A DNA stretch of 64,000 nt, taken from assembly GCA_051985675.1 (NCBI GenBank), contig JBPYFJ010000027.1, forward strand, positions 613-64,612. The letters are read 5' to 3'. Positions within the stretch are counted from its first letter, which is position 1. Every line of letters begins with the position of its first letter. Both the position numbers and the translations under genes were made by a program. The notes under the pieces are model-generated. The model was not told the DNA's origin. It made no database searches and worked only from the letters and a program-made list of their open reading frames with translations. Origin of the DNA: Xanthobacteraceae bacterium. Lineage in GTDB: Bacteria > Pseudomonadota > Alphaproteobacteria > Rhizobiales > Xanthobacteraceae. This document shows positions 29,237-39,566 of the stretch, one piece after another.

Positions 29237-30607
29237 ATGCGCGACCATTTTCTCGATCAACTCGGCGGCGGTCGCTTTGCCCGCGAGGACGCTGCCGACG
29301 ACGACGAAGCAAAGTCGTCGCTGTTCGCCAAGCAGGGCGAGCAGTTTGTTGGGGACGCTCGGCAAGTCCGCGACCGGAACGATGCCGTCGCGTTGGACGT
29401 TGAGCGGCCGCAACCTCCCGGCGCCGCACGCATAAATGCCTGGCCGTGGATCGTGGCCGGCATCGGAGTGGCGCTGGCGGCACTCGCGTGGATTGGCTTT
29501 TCATACCGCCAAGGCGGCCGTGCGACTTCGACGGTGCCGCCCGCACAGGTCACGGTGAGCAAACCGCTTGTTCGCGACGTCGACATGCGCATCGGCGTGC
29601 TCGGCCAATTTTCCGCGATCGACCGGGTCGAACTGCGCCCGCAGGTTGGCGGCACGCTGACCGAGATCCATTTCCAGGACGGACAGATCGTCCATAAGGA
29701 CGATCTTTTATTCGTGATCGACCCGCGTCCCTATGAGGTCAAGCTCGCCCGCGCCAACGCTCTCCTGCAGACCGCCTCCGCGCGCTTGGCGCTCGCCAAC
29801 AGCGAGCTGAGCCGCGCGCAGTCGCTTCAGCGCAGCAGTTTCGCAACGCCCGAGACGGTCGATCAGCGCACATCCGAGCAGAACTCGGCGCAGGCGGCAA
29901 TTGATGACGCCAAGGCGCAGATCCGCGACGCCGAGCTCGATCTCGAATATACCCGCATTACCGCACCGTTCACCGGCCGTATCGGTGCGCGTCTCGTGTC
30001 GATCGGCAGTCTCATCGCCGGCAGCCGCGCCGGCACCGGCCCGACGACGCTGCTGACCACCCTCGTGTCGCTCGATCCGATCTATCTCGACTTCGACATG
30101 AGCGAATCCGACTACCTGATCTTTGCGCGCGAACGCGCGCATCTCGCGGGCCCGCTCGCAAACGAGATAGCGATCAGTCTCGGCGACGAGAACCGCTTTG
30201 CGCGCACCGGAAAGCTCGACTTCGTCGACAACAGCCTTAATCGGTCGAGCGGAACGATCCATGCCCGTGCCACCGTCCCCAATTCTGATCTTTTCCTGGT
30301 GCCGGGCGAGTTCGCGCGGATTCGGGTGGCGATCGCAGCGCCCGCCCCGACCCTCTTGGTGCCGGATGCCGCCGTCGTGCTCGATCAATCGCAACACATG
30401 GTCATGACGGTATCGGCCGACGGCAAGGTCGTGCCCGCGCCTGTTGAAACGGGGGACCTGCGCGGGGGCCTGCGCGTCATCCAATCGGGTCTTGGCCCGG
30501 AGGATCGCGTGATCATCGAAGGCGTGGTGCACGCAGTTCCCGGCACGACGGTCGATCCGAAGGAAGGCGCGATCCAGTACGACGCCAACGCCGATAGCCG
30601 GCGTTAG
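29237..30607 (+). CDS. Efflux RND transporter periplasmic adaptor subunit (MFP)
   Basis: TM anchor WPWIVAGIGVALAALAWIGF, then lipoyl/coiled-coil/beta-barrel MFP motifs (LRPQVGGTLTEIHFQDGQIVHKDDLLFVIDPRPY, YTRITAPFTGRIG). The true start may be the TTG at 29393. Confidence 0.8.
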   Translation: MRDHFLDQLGGGRFAREDAADDDEAKSSLFAKQGEQFVGDARQVRDRNDAVALDVERPQPPGAARINAWPWIVAGIGVALAALAWIGFSYRQGGRATSTVPPAQVTVSKPLVRDVDMRIGVLGQFSAIDRVELRPQVGGTLTEIHFQDGQIVHKDDLLFVIDPRPYEVKLARANALLQTASARLALANSELSRAQSLQRSSFATPETVDQRTSEQNSAQAAIDDAKAQIRDAELDLEYTRITAPFTGRIGARLVSIGSLIAGSRAGTGPTTLLTTLVSLDPIYLDFDMSESDYLIFARERAHLAGPLANEIAISLGDENRFARTGKLDFVDNSLNRSSGTIHARATVPNSDLFLVPGEFARIRVAIAAPAPTLLVPDAAVVLDQSQHMVMTVSADGKVVPAPVETGDLRGGLRVIQSGLGPEDRVIIEGVVHAVPGTTVDPKEGAIQYDANADSRR

Positions 30608-30622
30608 GACGGGAGCTGCCAC

Positions 30623-33600
30623 ATGCGCCTGTCGCACATCTTCATCGACCGGCCGATCCTCGCCACCGTTCTCAGTGTCTTCGTGACATTGATTGGCCTC
30701 GGCGCGCTCGCGATCCTTCCGGTTGCCCAATATCCGGAGATCGTTCCGCCGACGGTGCAAATCACCACGACCTATCCCGGGGCGTCCGCCGACACCGTCG
30801 CGCGGACCGTAGCAACGCCGCTGGAGCAACAGATCAACGGCGTTGAGAACATGCTTTACCTGAGCAGCCAGTCGACGGGCGACGGCAAGCTCACCATCAC
30901 CGTGACGTTTCGGATCGGAACCGATTTGAACGTCGCGCAGATGCTCACCCAAAACCGCGTGCAGGACACGCTGCCGCGCCTGCCGGAAGACGTTCAGCGC
31001 CTGGGCGTGCAGGTTAGAAAAGCGACCCCCAACATTCTGCTTGCCGTCCACCTGATGTCCCCGGACGGTTCGCGCGACGATCTCTACATGTCGAACTACG
31101 CGACGCTGCATGTGAAGGATACGCTGGCACGTCTGCCCGGCGTCGGCGACGTCCAGCTGTTCGGCGCGCGCGATTACGCGATGCGCATTTGGCTCGATCC
31201 GGACAAGGTCGCGGCCAATAATCTCAGCGCAGGCGAAGTGTTGGCTGCGCTGCGGGCTCAGAACATTCAGGTCTCCGCTGGTATCCTCAATCAGCCGCCG
31301 GTGCCCTCGCACGAAGCCTATCAGATCAACGTTCAGACGCTCGGCCGCCTGTCGACGCCGCAGCAATTTGCAGACATCGTTCTCAAATCCGACGCCCAGG
31401 GGCGGGTGACGCGTCTGCGCGACGTCGGGCGTGTCGAGATCGGCGCCGCCGATTACGGATCGACCGCCTTCACGGATCGCGGTCCGGGACTGCCGCTGCT
31501 CATCTTCGCTCAGCCGGGAGCGAACTCGTTGGAGGTGGAGCACGAGGTCCTGTCGACCATGAAAGTCTTGGCGAAGGATTTTCCGCCCGGCCTTGCATAC
31601 ACGATCATCTACGACCCGACGATTTTCGTCGGCAAGTCGGTCAAGGAGGTCATCACCACCATTTTCGTGGCTGTCATGCTGGTGGTCGGCGTCGTCTTCC
31701 TGTTCCTGCAACGGTGGCGCGCCGCGATCATTCCGGTCATTGCCATTCCGGTGTCGCTGATCGGCACGTTTTCGGTGCTGTACGCGCTCGGCATATCGCT
31801 CAACAACCTGTCGTTGTTCGGACTGGTGCTTGCCGTCGGGATTGTCGTCGATGACGCGATCGTCGTGGTCGAAAACGTCGAACGCAACCTCGAGCTTGGG
31901 ATGTCGCCAAAAGAGGCGGCTTACACGACGATGGACGAGGTCGGCGGCGCGCTCATCGCGATCGCACTGACGCTCTGCGCCGTGTTCGTGCCCTCCGCCT
32001 TTCTGTCCGGGATCTCGGGCGAGTTCTTTCGCCAGTTCGCCGTTACGATTGCGGCCTCGACCGTGATCTCCTGCTTCGTCTCATTGACGCTCAGCCCCGC
32101 TTTGTGTGCGGTGCTGTTCAAGCCGCATCAGGCTGCCGAGAACACGCGGACAGGAAGGATCGGCCGACTCGGTCGCGGAATCTTCGAGTCCTTCAACCAC
32201 GGCTTCGAATGGTTATCGAACGCCTACGGCCGCCTGACGCACCGCCTCGTGCGGAGGGTCGCCGTTATGCTCGCTGTGTATGCGCTGCTCATCGGTTTTG
32301 CCGCCGTTCAGTTCGGACGCGCGCCAACCGGCTTCATCCCGGAGCAAGATCAGGGCTACCTCATCACGGTCGTGCAGCTGCCGCCCGGCGCCACCCTCGA
32401 TCGGACGGAGGCCGTGGTCAAACGCGCGATCGATATAATCCTCAACACACGTGGCATTGAGCATGTCGCACCATTTGCGGGCCTCGATGCCACAACGTTC
32501 ACGGTGGCGTCCAATGCCGGGACGATCTTCTCCGGCCTGCCGTCGCTCTATAACCATTCGCTCAAGGGGGTAACCGCAGCGACGGTGCTCGCTGATCTGC
32601 GCAAGCGGCTTTCGGTGATCCAGGACGCCTATGTGCTGACCATCCCGCCGCCGCCGGTGCAGGGCATCGGCAACGCCGGCGGGTTCAAGATGATGCTGCA
32701 GGATCGCACTGGGCTTGGTTCGGACGCGCTTGCGCGGGCGGCGCAGACGCTCGTCGCGGCCGCGAATAAAGACCCGGACTTTGCCGGGGTCTTTACCCTG
32801 TTCAGTACCCGCTCGCCCTCGATCTATGCCGACATCGATCGCGAGAAGGCGGAAAAGGTCGGGCTCACCCCGACCGACGTGTTCGCGACGTTGCAGGTTT
32901 ATCTCGGCTCGCAATACGTCAACGACTTCAACTACCTCGGCAGAACCTACGAAGTCATCGCCCAGGCCGACGGCAGCTACAGACGCGACGCCGGCGACAT
33001 TGGACGGCTCAAGGCGCGCAACGTGGCGGGCGAGATGGTGCCGATCGGCACGGTCGCGCGCATGCGGCACGAAACCGCTCCCTATCGGGTGCCGCGCTAC
33101 AATCTCTTTCCGGCGGCCGAAGTCATGGGCGTCGCTGCGCCGGGCGTTGCGACCGGCTCCGCGCTGGCCCGGATGGAGGAGTTGGCGCAGGAGATGCTGC
33201 CGCCCGGCATTGGTTTCGAATGGACCGAGCTTGCCTTTCAGCAGCAGCAGCGCGGAACGCCGACGATGCTGGTGTTCGGCGCCGCTGCGCTGTTCGTGTT
33301 TCTGGTGCTCGCCGCGCAGTATGAGAGCTGGAAACTGCCGCTTGCCGTGGTGTTGATCGTGCCGATGTGTCTGCTCGCGTCGGTCACCGGCCTGTTGCTG
33401 CGCGATATGTCGATCGACGTCCTGGCGCAGATTGGCTTTGTTGTTCTGGTGGGGCTCGCCGCCAAGAATGCGATCCTGATTGTTGAATTCGCGCGTCAGG
33501 CACAGGAGCAGGGCGCAAGCGCCGAAGACGCCGCGGTGCGTGCGGCGCGCACTCGGCTTCGCCCCATCCTGATGACCTCGTTTGCGTTCATCCTCGGCGT

Positions 33601-33796
33601 TATCCCGCTCGTGGTCGCGACCGGAGCCGGATCCGAGATGCGGCAATCGCTCGGCACGGCGGTATTCGCCGGGATGCTCGGCGTGACGGGGTTTGGCCTC
33701 CTGTTCACTCCGGTCTTTTACACGCTCCTTCGGAGGATTCGCGGCAAGGAACGGGCCGCGACAAAATCAACAACAATGTCGCAAGGCGCGGTTTGA
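30623..33796 (+). CDS. Efflux RND transporter permease (AcrB/MexB-like, HAE1)
   Basis: 1057 aa. MRLSHIFIDRPILATVLSVFVTLIGL N-terminus and the 12-TM, two-large-loop architecture. Confidence 0.9.
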   Translation: MRLSHIFIDRPILATVLSVFVTLIGLGALAILPVAQYPEIVPPTVQITTTYPGASADTVARTVATPLEQQINGVENMLYLSSQSTGDGKLTITVTFRIGTDLNVAQMLTQNRVQDTLPRLPEDVQRLGVQVRKATPNILLAVHLMSPDGSRDDLYMSNYATLHVKDTLARLPGVGDVQLFGARDYAMRIWLDPDKVAANNLSAGEVLAALRAQNIQVSAGILNQPPVPSHEAYQINVQTLGRLSTPQQFADIVLKSDAQGRVTRLRDVGRVEIGAADYGSTAFTDRGPGLPLLIFAQPGANSLEVEHEVLSTMKVLAKDFPPGLAYTIIYDPTIFVGKSVKEVITTIFVAVMLVVGVVFLFLQRWRAAIIPVIAIPVSLIGTFSVLYALGISLNNLSLFGLVLAVGIVVDDAIVVVENVERNLELGMSPKEAAYTTMDEVGGALIAIALTLCAVFVPSAFLSGISGEFFRQFAVTIAASTVISCFVSLTLSPALCAVLFKPHQAAENTRTGRIGRLGRGIFESFNHGFEWLSNAYGRLTHRLVRRVAVMLAVYALLIGFAAVQFGRAPTGFIPEQDQGYLITVVQLPPGATLDRTEAVVKRAIDIILNTRGIEHVAPFAGLDATTFTVASNAGTIFSGLPSLYNHSLKGVTAATVLADLRKRLSVIQDAYVLTIPPPPVQGIGNAGGFKMMLQDRTGLGSDALARAAQTLVAAANKDPDFAGVFTLFSTRSPSIYADIDREKAEKVGLTPTDVFATLQVYLGSQYVNDFNYLGRTYEVIAQADGSYRRDAGDIGRLKARNVAGEMVPIGTVARMRHETAPYRVPRYNLFPAAEVMGVAAPGVATGSALARMEELAQEMLPPGIGFEWTELAFQQQQRGTPTMLVFGAAALFVFLVLAAQYESWKLPLAVVLIVPMCLLASVTGLLLRDMSIDVLAQIGFVVLVGLAAKNAILIVEFARQAQEQGASAEDAAVRAARTRLRPILMTSFAFILGVIPLVVATGAGSEMRQSLGTAVFAGMLGVTGFGLLFTPVFYTLLRRIRGKERAATKSTTMSQGAV

Positions 33797-33808
33797 AGGG
33801 CGGATTTC

Positions 33809-34360
33809 ATGAAGAAGTCGAAGCTCGAAGCTGCCGAAACGCGGCGACGCATCGTCAAGACTGCCGCGGTGGAGTTCCGCCGCAAGGGAATCAACAACAC
33901 CGGCCTCAACGAGGTGATGGCGGCCGCCGGCCTGACCCGCGGCGGGTTCTACCGGCATTTCGTGTCAAAGGACCAACTGGTCGCCGAAGCTTGCGCCGTA
34001 GCAATGGACGCGGTCATGGAGCCTGGCCTGGGCAAGACTGGACTCGACGCAATCTTGACGGCGTACCTCTCCAAGGATCACCGAGACAATTTGTCCGAGG
34101 GCTGCGTGCTGGCTGGGCTTGGAAGCGAGCTCGCGCGGGGCGACGAGGATACGCGGGCTGCCGCAACCGCTGGATTTCTCAAGTTGGTGGATATTTTCGC
34201 CCAACACTATCGACAGACGAACCACGAAACCGCAAGGGGGCGGGCGTTGGTCGCGGTATCGGCGATGGTTGGGGCGGTTACAATTTCGCGGATCGTGACG
34301 GATCCGAAACTGTCCGCAACAATTCTGCGACTGACCAAAAAACACTTGGCCCATACGTAG
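33809..34360 (+). CDS. TetR/AcrR family transcriptional regulator
   Basis: N-terminal HTH: RRRIVKTAAVEFRRKGINNTGLNEVMAAAGLTRGGFYRHF. Confidence 0.85.
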   Translation: MKKSKLEAAETRRRIVKTAAVEFRRKGINNTGLNEVMAAAGLTRGGFYRHFVSKDQLVAEACAVAMDAVMEPGLGKTGLDAILTAYLSKDHRDNLSEGCVLAGLGSELARGDEDTRAAATAGFLKLVDIFAQHYRQTNHETARGRALVAVSAMVGAVTISRIVTDPKLSATILRLTKKHLAHT

Positions 34361-34442
34361 TGAGTTCAGGCAACCCCGCCGCCATGGGTCATATCCCAAC
34401 CCGGTAGAGCCCATATGATTTGCCGCATCGGCGGCATGGATC

Positions 34443-35252
34443 TCAATTTGTCGACGTCCTGCCGCGCGACGCGAGATGTCCGCAAGCAACAGAGAGCGCG
34501 GCGGCGGAGTTCACGACGTGCGCCGCGGCCGTCAGGATCCGTTGCTCGTCAAAGCGCGCGTCGGGGCCGAAAACGCCGACCGATCCAGCCACGCCGCCGG
34601 TATGGTCGAAATACGGCGCCGCAATCGCGATTGCGCCGACAAAGACCTCGCCGCGGCTGACAAAATATCCGTCTTTTCGCGCGTGCGACAAATCGGCCGC
34701 GAGCGTCGCCTTGTTGACGGTCTTTGGGAGCGCGCGCGTCATTTCAGCAACTTCATTGCCATCGAGAAACGCCAGGATCGCTTTGCCGCTTGCGCCGCGC
34801 CACAGGTGATCGGTCTCGCCAAGGCCGCGCGAAATGGCGAGCACGTGCCGGCTCGCGACTTGGGCGACGCACTGGCGAAGGTCGCCGCGTCGCAGGAACA
34901 GCGCCGTGGTTTCCCCGGTTGCGTTTCGCAATTCCTCCAAAATCGGTCGCGCCAGCGCAATGACATCGATACCGGCGATCCAATTGTGAGCAAGCCGGCC
35001 GATGCCGAAATCCAGCGCGAATCGCTGCGGATCGCCTTCCGCGCGCACGAGGCCCTTCGCGATGAGCGTCTGCAGCAGCCGATAGAGCGTCGGGCGGCTG
35101 AGCGGCACGCTGCGCTGGATCTCGAGCACGCTCATCCACGGCTTTCCCGGCGCGAAGCATTGGAGAATGTCGATGGCGCGCTCCACGGCACGCACATTCT
35201 GGCTCTTCAGAGAACCGCCGGGCATCGCATTCCTTGCCGCCATGTCCATCAC
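34443..35252 (-). CDS. IclR family transcriptional regulator
   Basis: VRAVERAIDILQCF...MSVLEIQRSVPLSRPTLYRLLQTL HTH plus an IclR effector domain. Confidence 0.85.
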   Translation of the reverse strand: MMDMAARNAMPGGSLKSQNVRAVERAIDILQCFAPGKPWMSVLEIQRSVPLSRPTLYRLLQTLIAKGLVRAEGDPQRFALDFGIGRLAHNWIAGIDVIALARPILEELRNATGETTALFLRRGDLRQCVAQVASRHVLAISRGLGETDHLWRGASGKAILAFLDGNEVAEMTRALPKTVNKATLAADLSHARKDGYFVSRGEVFVGAIAIAAPYFDHTGGVAGSVGVFGPDARFDEQRILTAAAHVVNSAAALSVACGHLASRGRTSTN

Positions 35253-35353
35253 ACGGACATAATATACTCGCGACTTGACGTGTCGCGATGGATGTCCTTA
35301 GCTAGCGCCACAACATCAATGTCCATCTGATGGACATTACCGGAGGGCGCGCC

Positions 35354-36337
35354 ATGGTCAAGACCCGACGGGCATTCTTGTCATCAGGCCTGCTCGGTGC
35401 GGCCGCGCTGGCCGCGCTGGCCGCGCCATTCGCAGGACATGCGGGAGCGTGGCCGCAGCGGCCGGTGAAATTCATCGTGCCGTTCGGACCGGGCGCCGGG
35501 GCGGACATCGGGGCGCGGGTCTTTGCCGAGCGCTTGCAGGCCCTGTGGGGGCAGCCGGTCGTCGTCGAGAACCGGCCCGGCGGCGACAGCATCGTTGCGA
35601 TTACGGCCTTTCTGACCGCGAACGACGACCATACGTTCTTGTTTGCACCGGCGGGCAATTTCACGGTGCATCCGTTCATGTACAGCAGGCTCGCCTACGA
35701 GCCAAACGACATCGTTCCGGTCGCGCGCGTGTCCAACACCATCCTCGCGGTTGGCGTGAAGGCGGACGCTCCGTTTGCGACGATCAAGGACTTCACCGCA
35801 GCGGCCAGGCAGGCCCCGGGCAAATACAACTGCGCCATGGTGCAGGGCATCACCGAATTCACGTTCTGGGGCTATGAGGCGGCCGAAGGCTTAAAGATCA
35901 CCCAGGTTCCCTATCGTGACATCAACACGTCGGCGGTCGATCTCGGCGAAGGCCGGATCCAGATTGCGATGTTGTCCTATGCGATGTTGCGCTCGCATGT
36001 CGAAGCCGGTCGGGTTCGATTGATCGTGGTGAACAACGCGACGCGAGCGCCGTTTGCGCCGGACGTGCCGACCGCGCGCGAAGCCGGCTATCCGTCGCTC
36101 GAGGTCGAAGGTCTCATCGGCCTTTTCGCGGTCACGGCGCTGGCGAACGAGCTCAAGGACAAAATCGCGGCGGACATCAAGAGCGTATCCGTGGCTCCCG
36201 TTATCGCCGAACGGCTGACGGCCACCGGCCAGGTCGTGAATTATGGCGGCCCGCAAGAGTTCGCCGATGCGATCACGGCGCAACGCGCCAAAATCGCCGC
36301 CACCGCCAAGGCCATCGATTTCAAGCCGAAACAATGA
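35354..36337 (+). CDS. Bug-family tripartite tricarboxylate transporter substrate-binding protein (TctC-like)
   Basis: Tat-like TRRAFLSSG signal. WPQRPVKFIVPFGPGAGADIGARV is the Bug signature. Confidence 0.85.
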   Translation: MVKTRRAFLSSGLLGAAALAALAAPFAGHAGAWPQRPVKFIVPFGPGAGADIGARVFAERLQALWGQPVVVENRPGGDSIVAITAFLTANDDHTFLFAPAGNFTVHPFMYSRLAYEPNDIVPVARVSNTILAVGVKADAPFATIKDFTAAARQAPGKYNCAMVQGITEFTFWGYEAAEGLKITQVPYRDINTSAVDLGEGRIQIAMLSYAMLRSHVEAGRVRLIVVNNATRAPFAPDVPTAREAGYPSLEVEGLIGLFAVTALANELKDKIAADIKSVSVAPVIAERLTATGQVVNYGGPQEFADAITAQRAKIAATAKAIDFKPKQ

Positions 36338-36367
36338 GGGACGGCCAGACAAGAAGGATCGCAAACG

Positions 36368-37639
36368 ATGAAAAAGGAAACGGCGGAAACACTGGTGCGA
36401 ACCGGCCCCGGCACCCGCATGGGCAACCTGCTGCGGCGTTATTGGGTCCCGATCCTGCTGTCGCGCGAGATCGCCGAACCCGACGGGCCGCAGGTGCGGG
36501 TGCAAATTCTCGGCGAGAAGCTGCTCGCCTTCCGCACGACCGACGGCGAGGCCGGCCTGATCAGCGAGTTCTGCTCGCATCGCGGCGCGTCGCTCTATTT
36601 CGGCCGCAACGAGGACAACGGCATCCGCTGCTCCTACCATGGCCTGAAGTTCGCGCGCGACGGCCGCTGCGTGGACGTGCCGTCGGCGCCGCAGGTCTGC
36701 GCGTCGATGGGGATCAGGGGTTATCCATGCATCGAGCGCGCCGGGATCGTGTGGGCCTACATGGGGCCGAAGGAGAAGCAGCCGGCGCCGCCCGCGGTCG
36801 AATGGTGCGATCTGCCGGCGAGTCATGTGTTCGTCTCGAAGCGTCTGCAGGAGTGCAATTATCTGCAGGCGATGGAGGGCGGCATCGACACCAGCCATGT
36901 GACATACGTGCACCGCTTCGAGGTCGACGACGATCCGATGCACCGGAATACAAAGGCCAACGACTACATCAAGGCTGACGGCAACGTGATCTTCGAGATC
37001 GAGAAGAATCCCTGCGGCCTGACGTTGTTCGGTCGGCGCAACGGCGAGCCGGATTCCTATTACTGGCGGGTGACGCAATGGCTGTTCCCATGGTTCACCC
37101 TGATTCCGCCGTTCGGCGATCATGCGCTCGGCGGTCACGTCTGGGTGCCGATCGACGATCACAATTGCTGGGCCTGGAGCATCAACTTCCACCCCGGCAA
37201 GCCGCTGTCGGCTGCGGAGCGGCGCGACATGGACGAGGGCAAGGGGATCCACTGCCCGTACGAACCCGGCACATTCCGTCCGCTCGCGAACAAGGACAAC
37301 GATTACCTGATGGACCGCAACGCGCAGAAGGAGAAGCGCGCCTATAGTGGCGTGTTCGGATTTGCCGCGCAGGATGCATCGCTGCAGGAAAGCATGGGAC
37401 CGATCCAGGACCATGAACACGAAAAGCTGCTTCCAACCGACCGTGCCATCATGATGGCGCGGCGATCCCTGTACGAGGCGGCCCTTGGGCTCGAGAACGG
37501 TGCCGAGCCGCCCGCGCTCGACGCCAGCCAACAGCGTGTCCGCGCGGCTGGCGTTCTGCTCGACCGCGCCATCAATCCGCGCGACTGGGCGACGGCGCAT
37601 CTGGCCGATGGCTTGAACCAGCCTGTCTACTCAATCTGA
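36368..37639 (+). CDS. Rieske [2Fe-2S] aromatic ring-hydroxylating oxygenase, alpha subunit (phthalate-family, homomeric type)
   Basis: Rieske motif CSHRGASL...CSYHGLKF. Mononuclear-iron region DTSHVTYVH. Confidence 0.85.
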   Translation: MKKETAETLVRTGPGTRMGNLLRRYWVPILLSREIAEPDGPQVRVQILGEKLLAFRTTDGEAGLISEFCSHRGASLYFGRNEDNGIRCSYHGLKFARDGRCVDVPSAPQVCASMGIRGYPCIERAGIVWAYMGPKEKQPAPPAVEWCDLPASHVFVSKRLQECNYLQAMEGGIDTSHVTYVHRFEVDDDPMHRNTKANDYIKADGNVIFEIEKNPCGLTLFGRRNGEPDSYYWRVTQWLFPWFTLIPPFGDHALGGHVWVPIDDHNCWAWSINFHPGKPLSAAERRDMDEGKGIHCPYEPGTFRPLANKDNDYLMDRNAQKEKRAYSGVFGFAAQDASLQESMGPIQDHEHEKLLPTDRAIMMARRSLYEAALGLENGAEPPALDASQQRVRAAGVLLDRAINPRDWATAHLADGLNQPVYSI

Positions 37640-37696
37640 GCCGCGGGCACCTGCGTTCGCGCATTCGATCCACACCGAGCATAAAGTCTGCCGTAG

Positions 37697-38470
37697 ATGA
37701 ACAGGGTTGCCGGCAAGGTCGCGTTGATCACGGGTGGCGGCTCGGGAATTGGCGCGGCCGCCGCCCGGATCATCTGTGCCGAGGGCGGCGAGGTGATGCT
37801 CGTTGACGCCAACGAGGAGGGACTGGCCGCTACGCAACAAGACATTCTCGATCGGGTACCGGACGCGCCCGTTGCGACGTTTCTCGCCGACGTCAAGGAC
37901 GCCGATAAGGCCGCGCGCGCGGTCGAGGAAACCCTTCAGAAATTTTCTCGCCTCGATGTTTTGGTGAACAACGCCTCCATGCGCAATTACTCCGCGGTTG
38001 CGGACGCGACGCCCGCCGAATGGCAGGCGACGGTTGACGTCAATCTGATCGGGGCCGCGAACTACTGCCGAGCCGCATTGCCAACGCTGCGCAAAGCCGG
38101 TCGCTCAAGCATCGTCAATGTGTCGTCGGCTTACGCGGTCGCCGGGCGCAAAGGCATGGGCCTATATGATGCGACGAAGGCCGGCATGCTTGCCATGACC
38201 CGAACGCTGGCCTGCGAGGAAGCGGCCCATGGCGTGCGCGTCAACGCAGTCTGTCCGGGGTCTACGCTGACCGGTTTCCATATGGCGCGGGCGCGCGCCG
38301 CCGGGAAAAGCATCGAGCAATTGCAGACGGAACGGCAGACGACGTCCCTGCTCGGGCGGTGGGCGACGCCGGAGGAAATCGCATGGCCGATCCTTTGGCT
38401 TGCCAGCGACGAAGCCTCGTTCATCACCGGGGCCACATTGATGGTCGACGGCGGCCTTTCGATTATTTAG
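37697..38470 (+). CDS. SDR family oxidoreductase
   Basis: TGGGSGIG cofactor motif, NNAS, YDATKAG catalytic YxxxK. Confidence 0.85.
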   Translation: MNRVAGKVALITGGGSGIGAAAARIICAEGGEVMLVDANEEGLAATQQDILDRVPDAPVATFLADVKDADKAARAVEETLQKFSRLDVLVNNASMRNYSAVADATPAEWQATVDVNLIGAANYCRAALPTLRKAGRSSIVNVSSAYAVAGRKGMGLYDATKAGMLAMTRTLACEEAAHGVRVNAVCPGSTLTGFHMARARAAGKSIEQLQTERQTTSLLGRWATPEEIAWPILWLASDEASFITGATLMVDGGLSII

Positions 38471-38524
38471 CGCGTCCGTGGATGCCGGGCTTGGTGGTGC
38501 CGCCGCTGCCGTTACGTGTTGGGT

Positions 38525-39502
38525 CTAATCCAACCTGAGGCCGGCGAATCTAACGACCTTAGCCCACTTGTCAGTTTCTTCCGCGACGAGACTGCCGAAG
38601 TCCGCGGGAGACCCCGTGAATATATCGCTGCCGAGCTCGCTCATGCGCGCCTTTACGGCGGGATCGGCGAGCGCCGCATTAATCTCCCGATTGAGACGCT
38701 CGATGATCGCCGGCGGCGTGCCCTTGGGCGCCCCGAAGCCCAGGAATCCCTTCACCGCGTAGCCCGGGACAACATCGGCGATCGGAGCAACGTCCGGCAC
38801 CACCCGCACGCGCTCAGTGGCGGTCACCCCAAGTGCGCGCACCGTGCCGGCCTGGATGAGCGTCACCGACGAGCCGATCGCGTCGAACATCGCATGGACA
38901 TCGCCGGCCATCACCGCCGACTGCGCCGCCGGCGTGCCCCGATATGGGACATGCACGATGTTGGTGTCGGTCATCATCTTGAACAGTTCGCCGCACAGAT
39001 GGGTCAAGTTGCCGGTCCCCGTCGAGGCCAGGTTGATCTTGCCGGGGTTGGCCTTGGCAAAGGCGATGAATTCCGCAACCGATTTGACTGGAAAAGACCG
39101 GTTCGCCGTCAGGACGAAGGAATCGTTATTGGTACTCGCGATCGGGTCGATGTCGCGTGTGACCGTGATCGCGCTTTTCTCATAAAGCGTCACGTTGACG
39201 GCGTGCGGGCTGGCAACCTGCAGGAGTGTGTAGCCATCGGCGGGGGCGCGCGCGACCGCCTGCAGCGCCAAGTTGCCGCCGGCACCCGGACGGTTGTCGA
39301 TGATCACCGACTGGCCGAGCTGTTGCGAAAGCGCTTGACCGACGAGCCGCGCAATAATGTCCGGCGTGCCTCCTGCCGGAACAAAAACAACCAGCGTCAC
39401 CGGCCGGGTTGGAAAGGTCTGGGCTTGCAGTGATCGGGGGACGGCAACAAGCGCGGCAGCGCCACCAACCAGATGCAGAGCCTTGCGGCGCGCAATTTTC
39501 AT
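38525..39502 (-). CDS. Bug-family tripartite tricarboxylate transporter substrate-binding protein
   Basis: FPTRPVTLVVFVPAGGTPDIIARL Bug signature with a signal peptide. Confidence 0.85.
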   Translation of the reverse strand: MKIARRKALHLVGGAAALVAVPRSLQAQTFPTRPVTLVVFVPAGGTPDIIARLVGQALSQQLGQSVIIDNRPGAGGNLALQAVARAPADGYTLLQVASPHAVNVTLYEKSAITVTRDIDPIASTNNDSFVLTANRSFPVKSVAEFIAFAKANPGKINLASTGTGNLTHLCGELFKMMTDTNIVHVPYRGTPAAQSAVMAGDVHAMFDAIGSSVTLIQAGTVRALGVTATERVRVVPDVAPIADVVPGYAVKGFLGFGAPKGTPPAIIERLNREINAALADPAVKARMSELGSDIFTGSPADFGSLVAEETDKWAKVVRFAGLRLD

Positions 39503-39566
39503 GGAGTCCTCCCCTGCCCTTCGCGATGGCGATTTCGTCGATTTTATAGGAAGCCCCCATCATCTT

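Noticed and set aside
29210-29413. 67-aa minus-strand ORF (..LCFVVVGSVLAGKATAAELIEKMV..) overlapping the 5' end of the MFP ORF
   Set aside because: It is protein-like with good third-position GC. However, the only start is a TTG abutting GGGAGG with no spacer, and I recognise no family. It may be a gene remnant. It is noted under the RND finding rather than called as a feature.
29708-33646. 667-aa and 477-aa minus-strand ORFs
   Set aside because: They are antisense to the MFP and RND pump genes, which have unambiguous family signatures. Their composition is shadow-ORF-like.
35891-37600. 569-aa minus-strand ORF
   Set aside because: It is antisense to the Bug and Rieske oxygenase genes and has no motifs.
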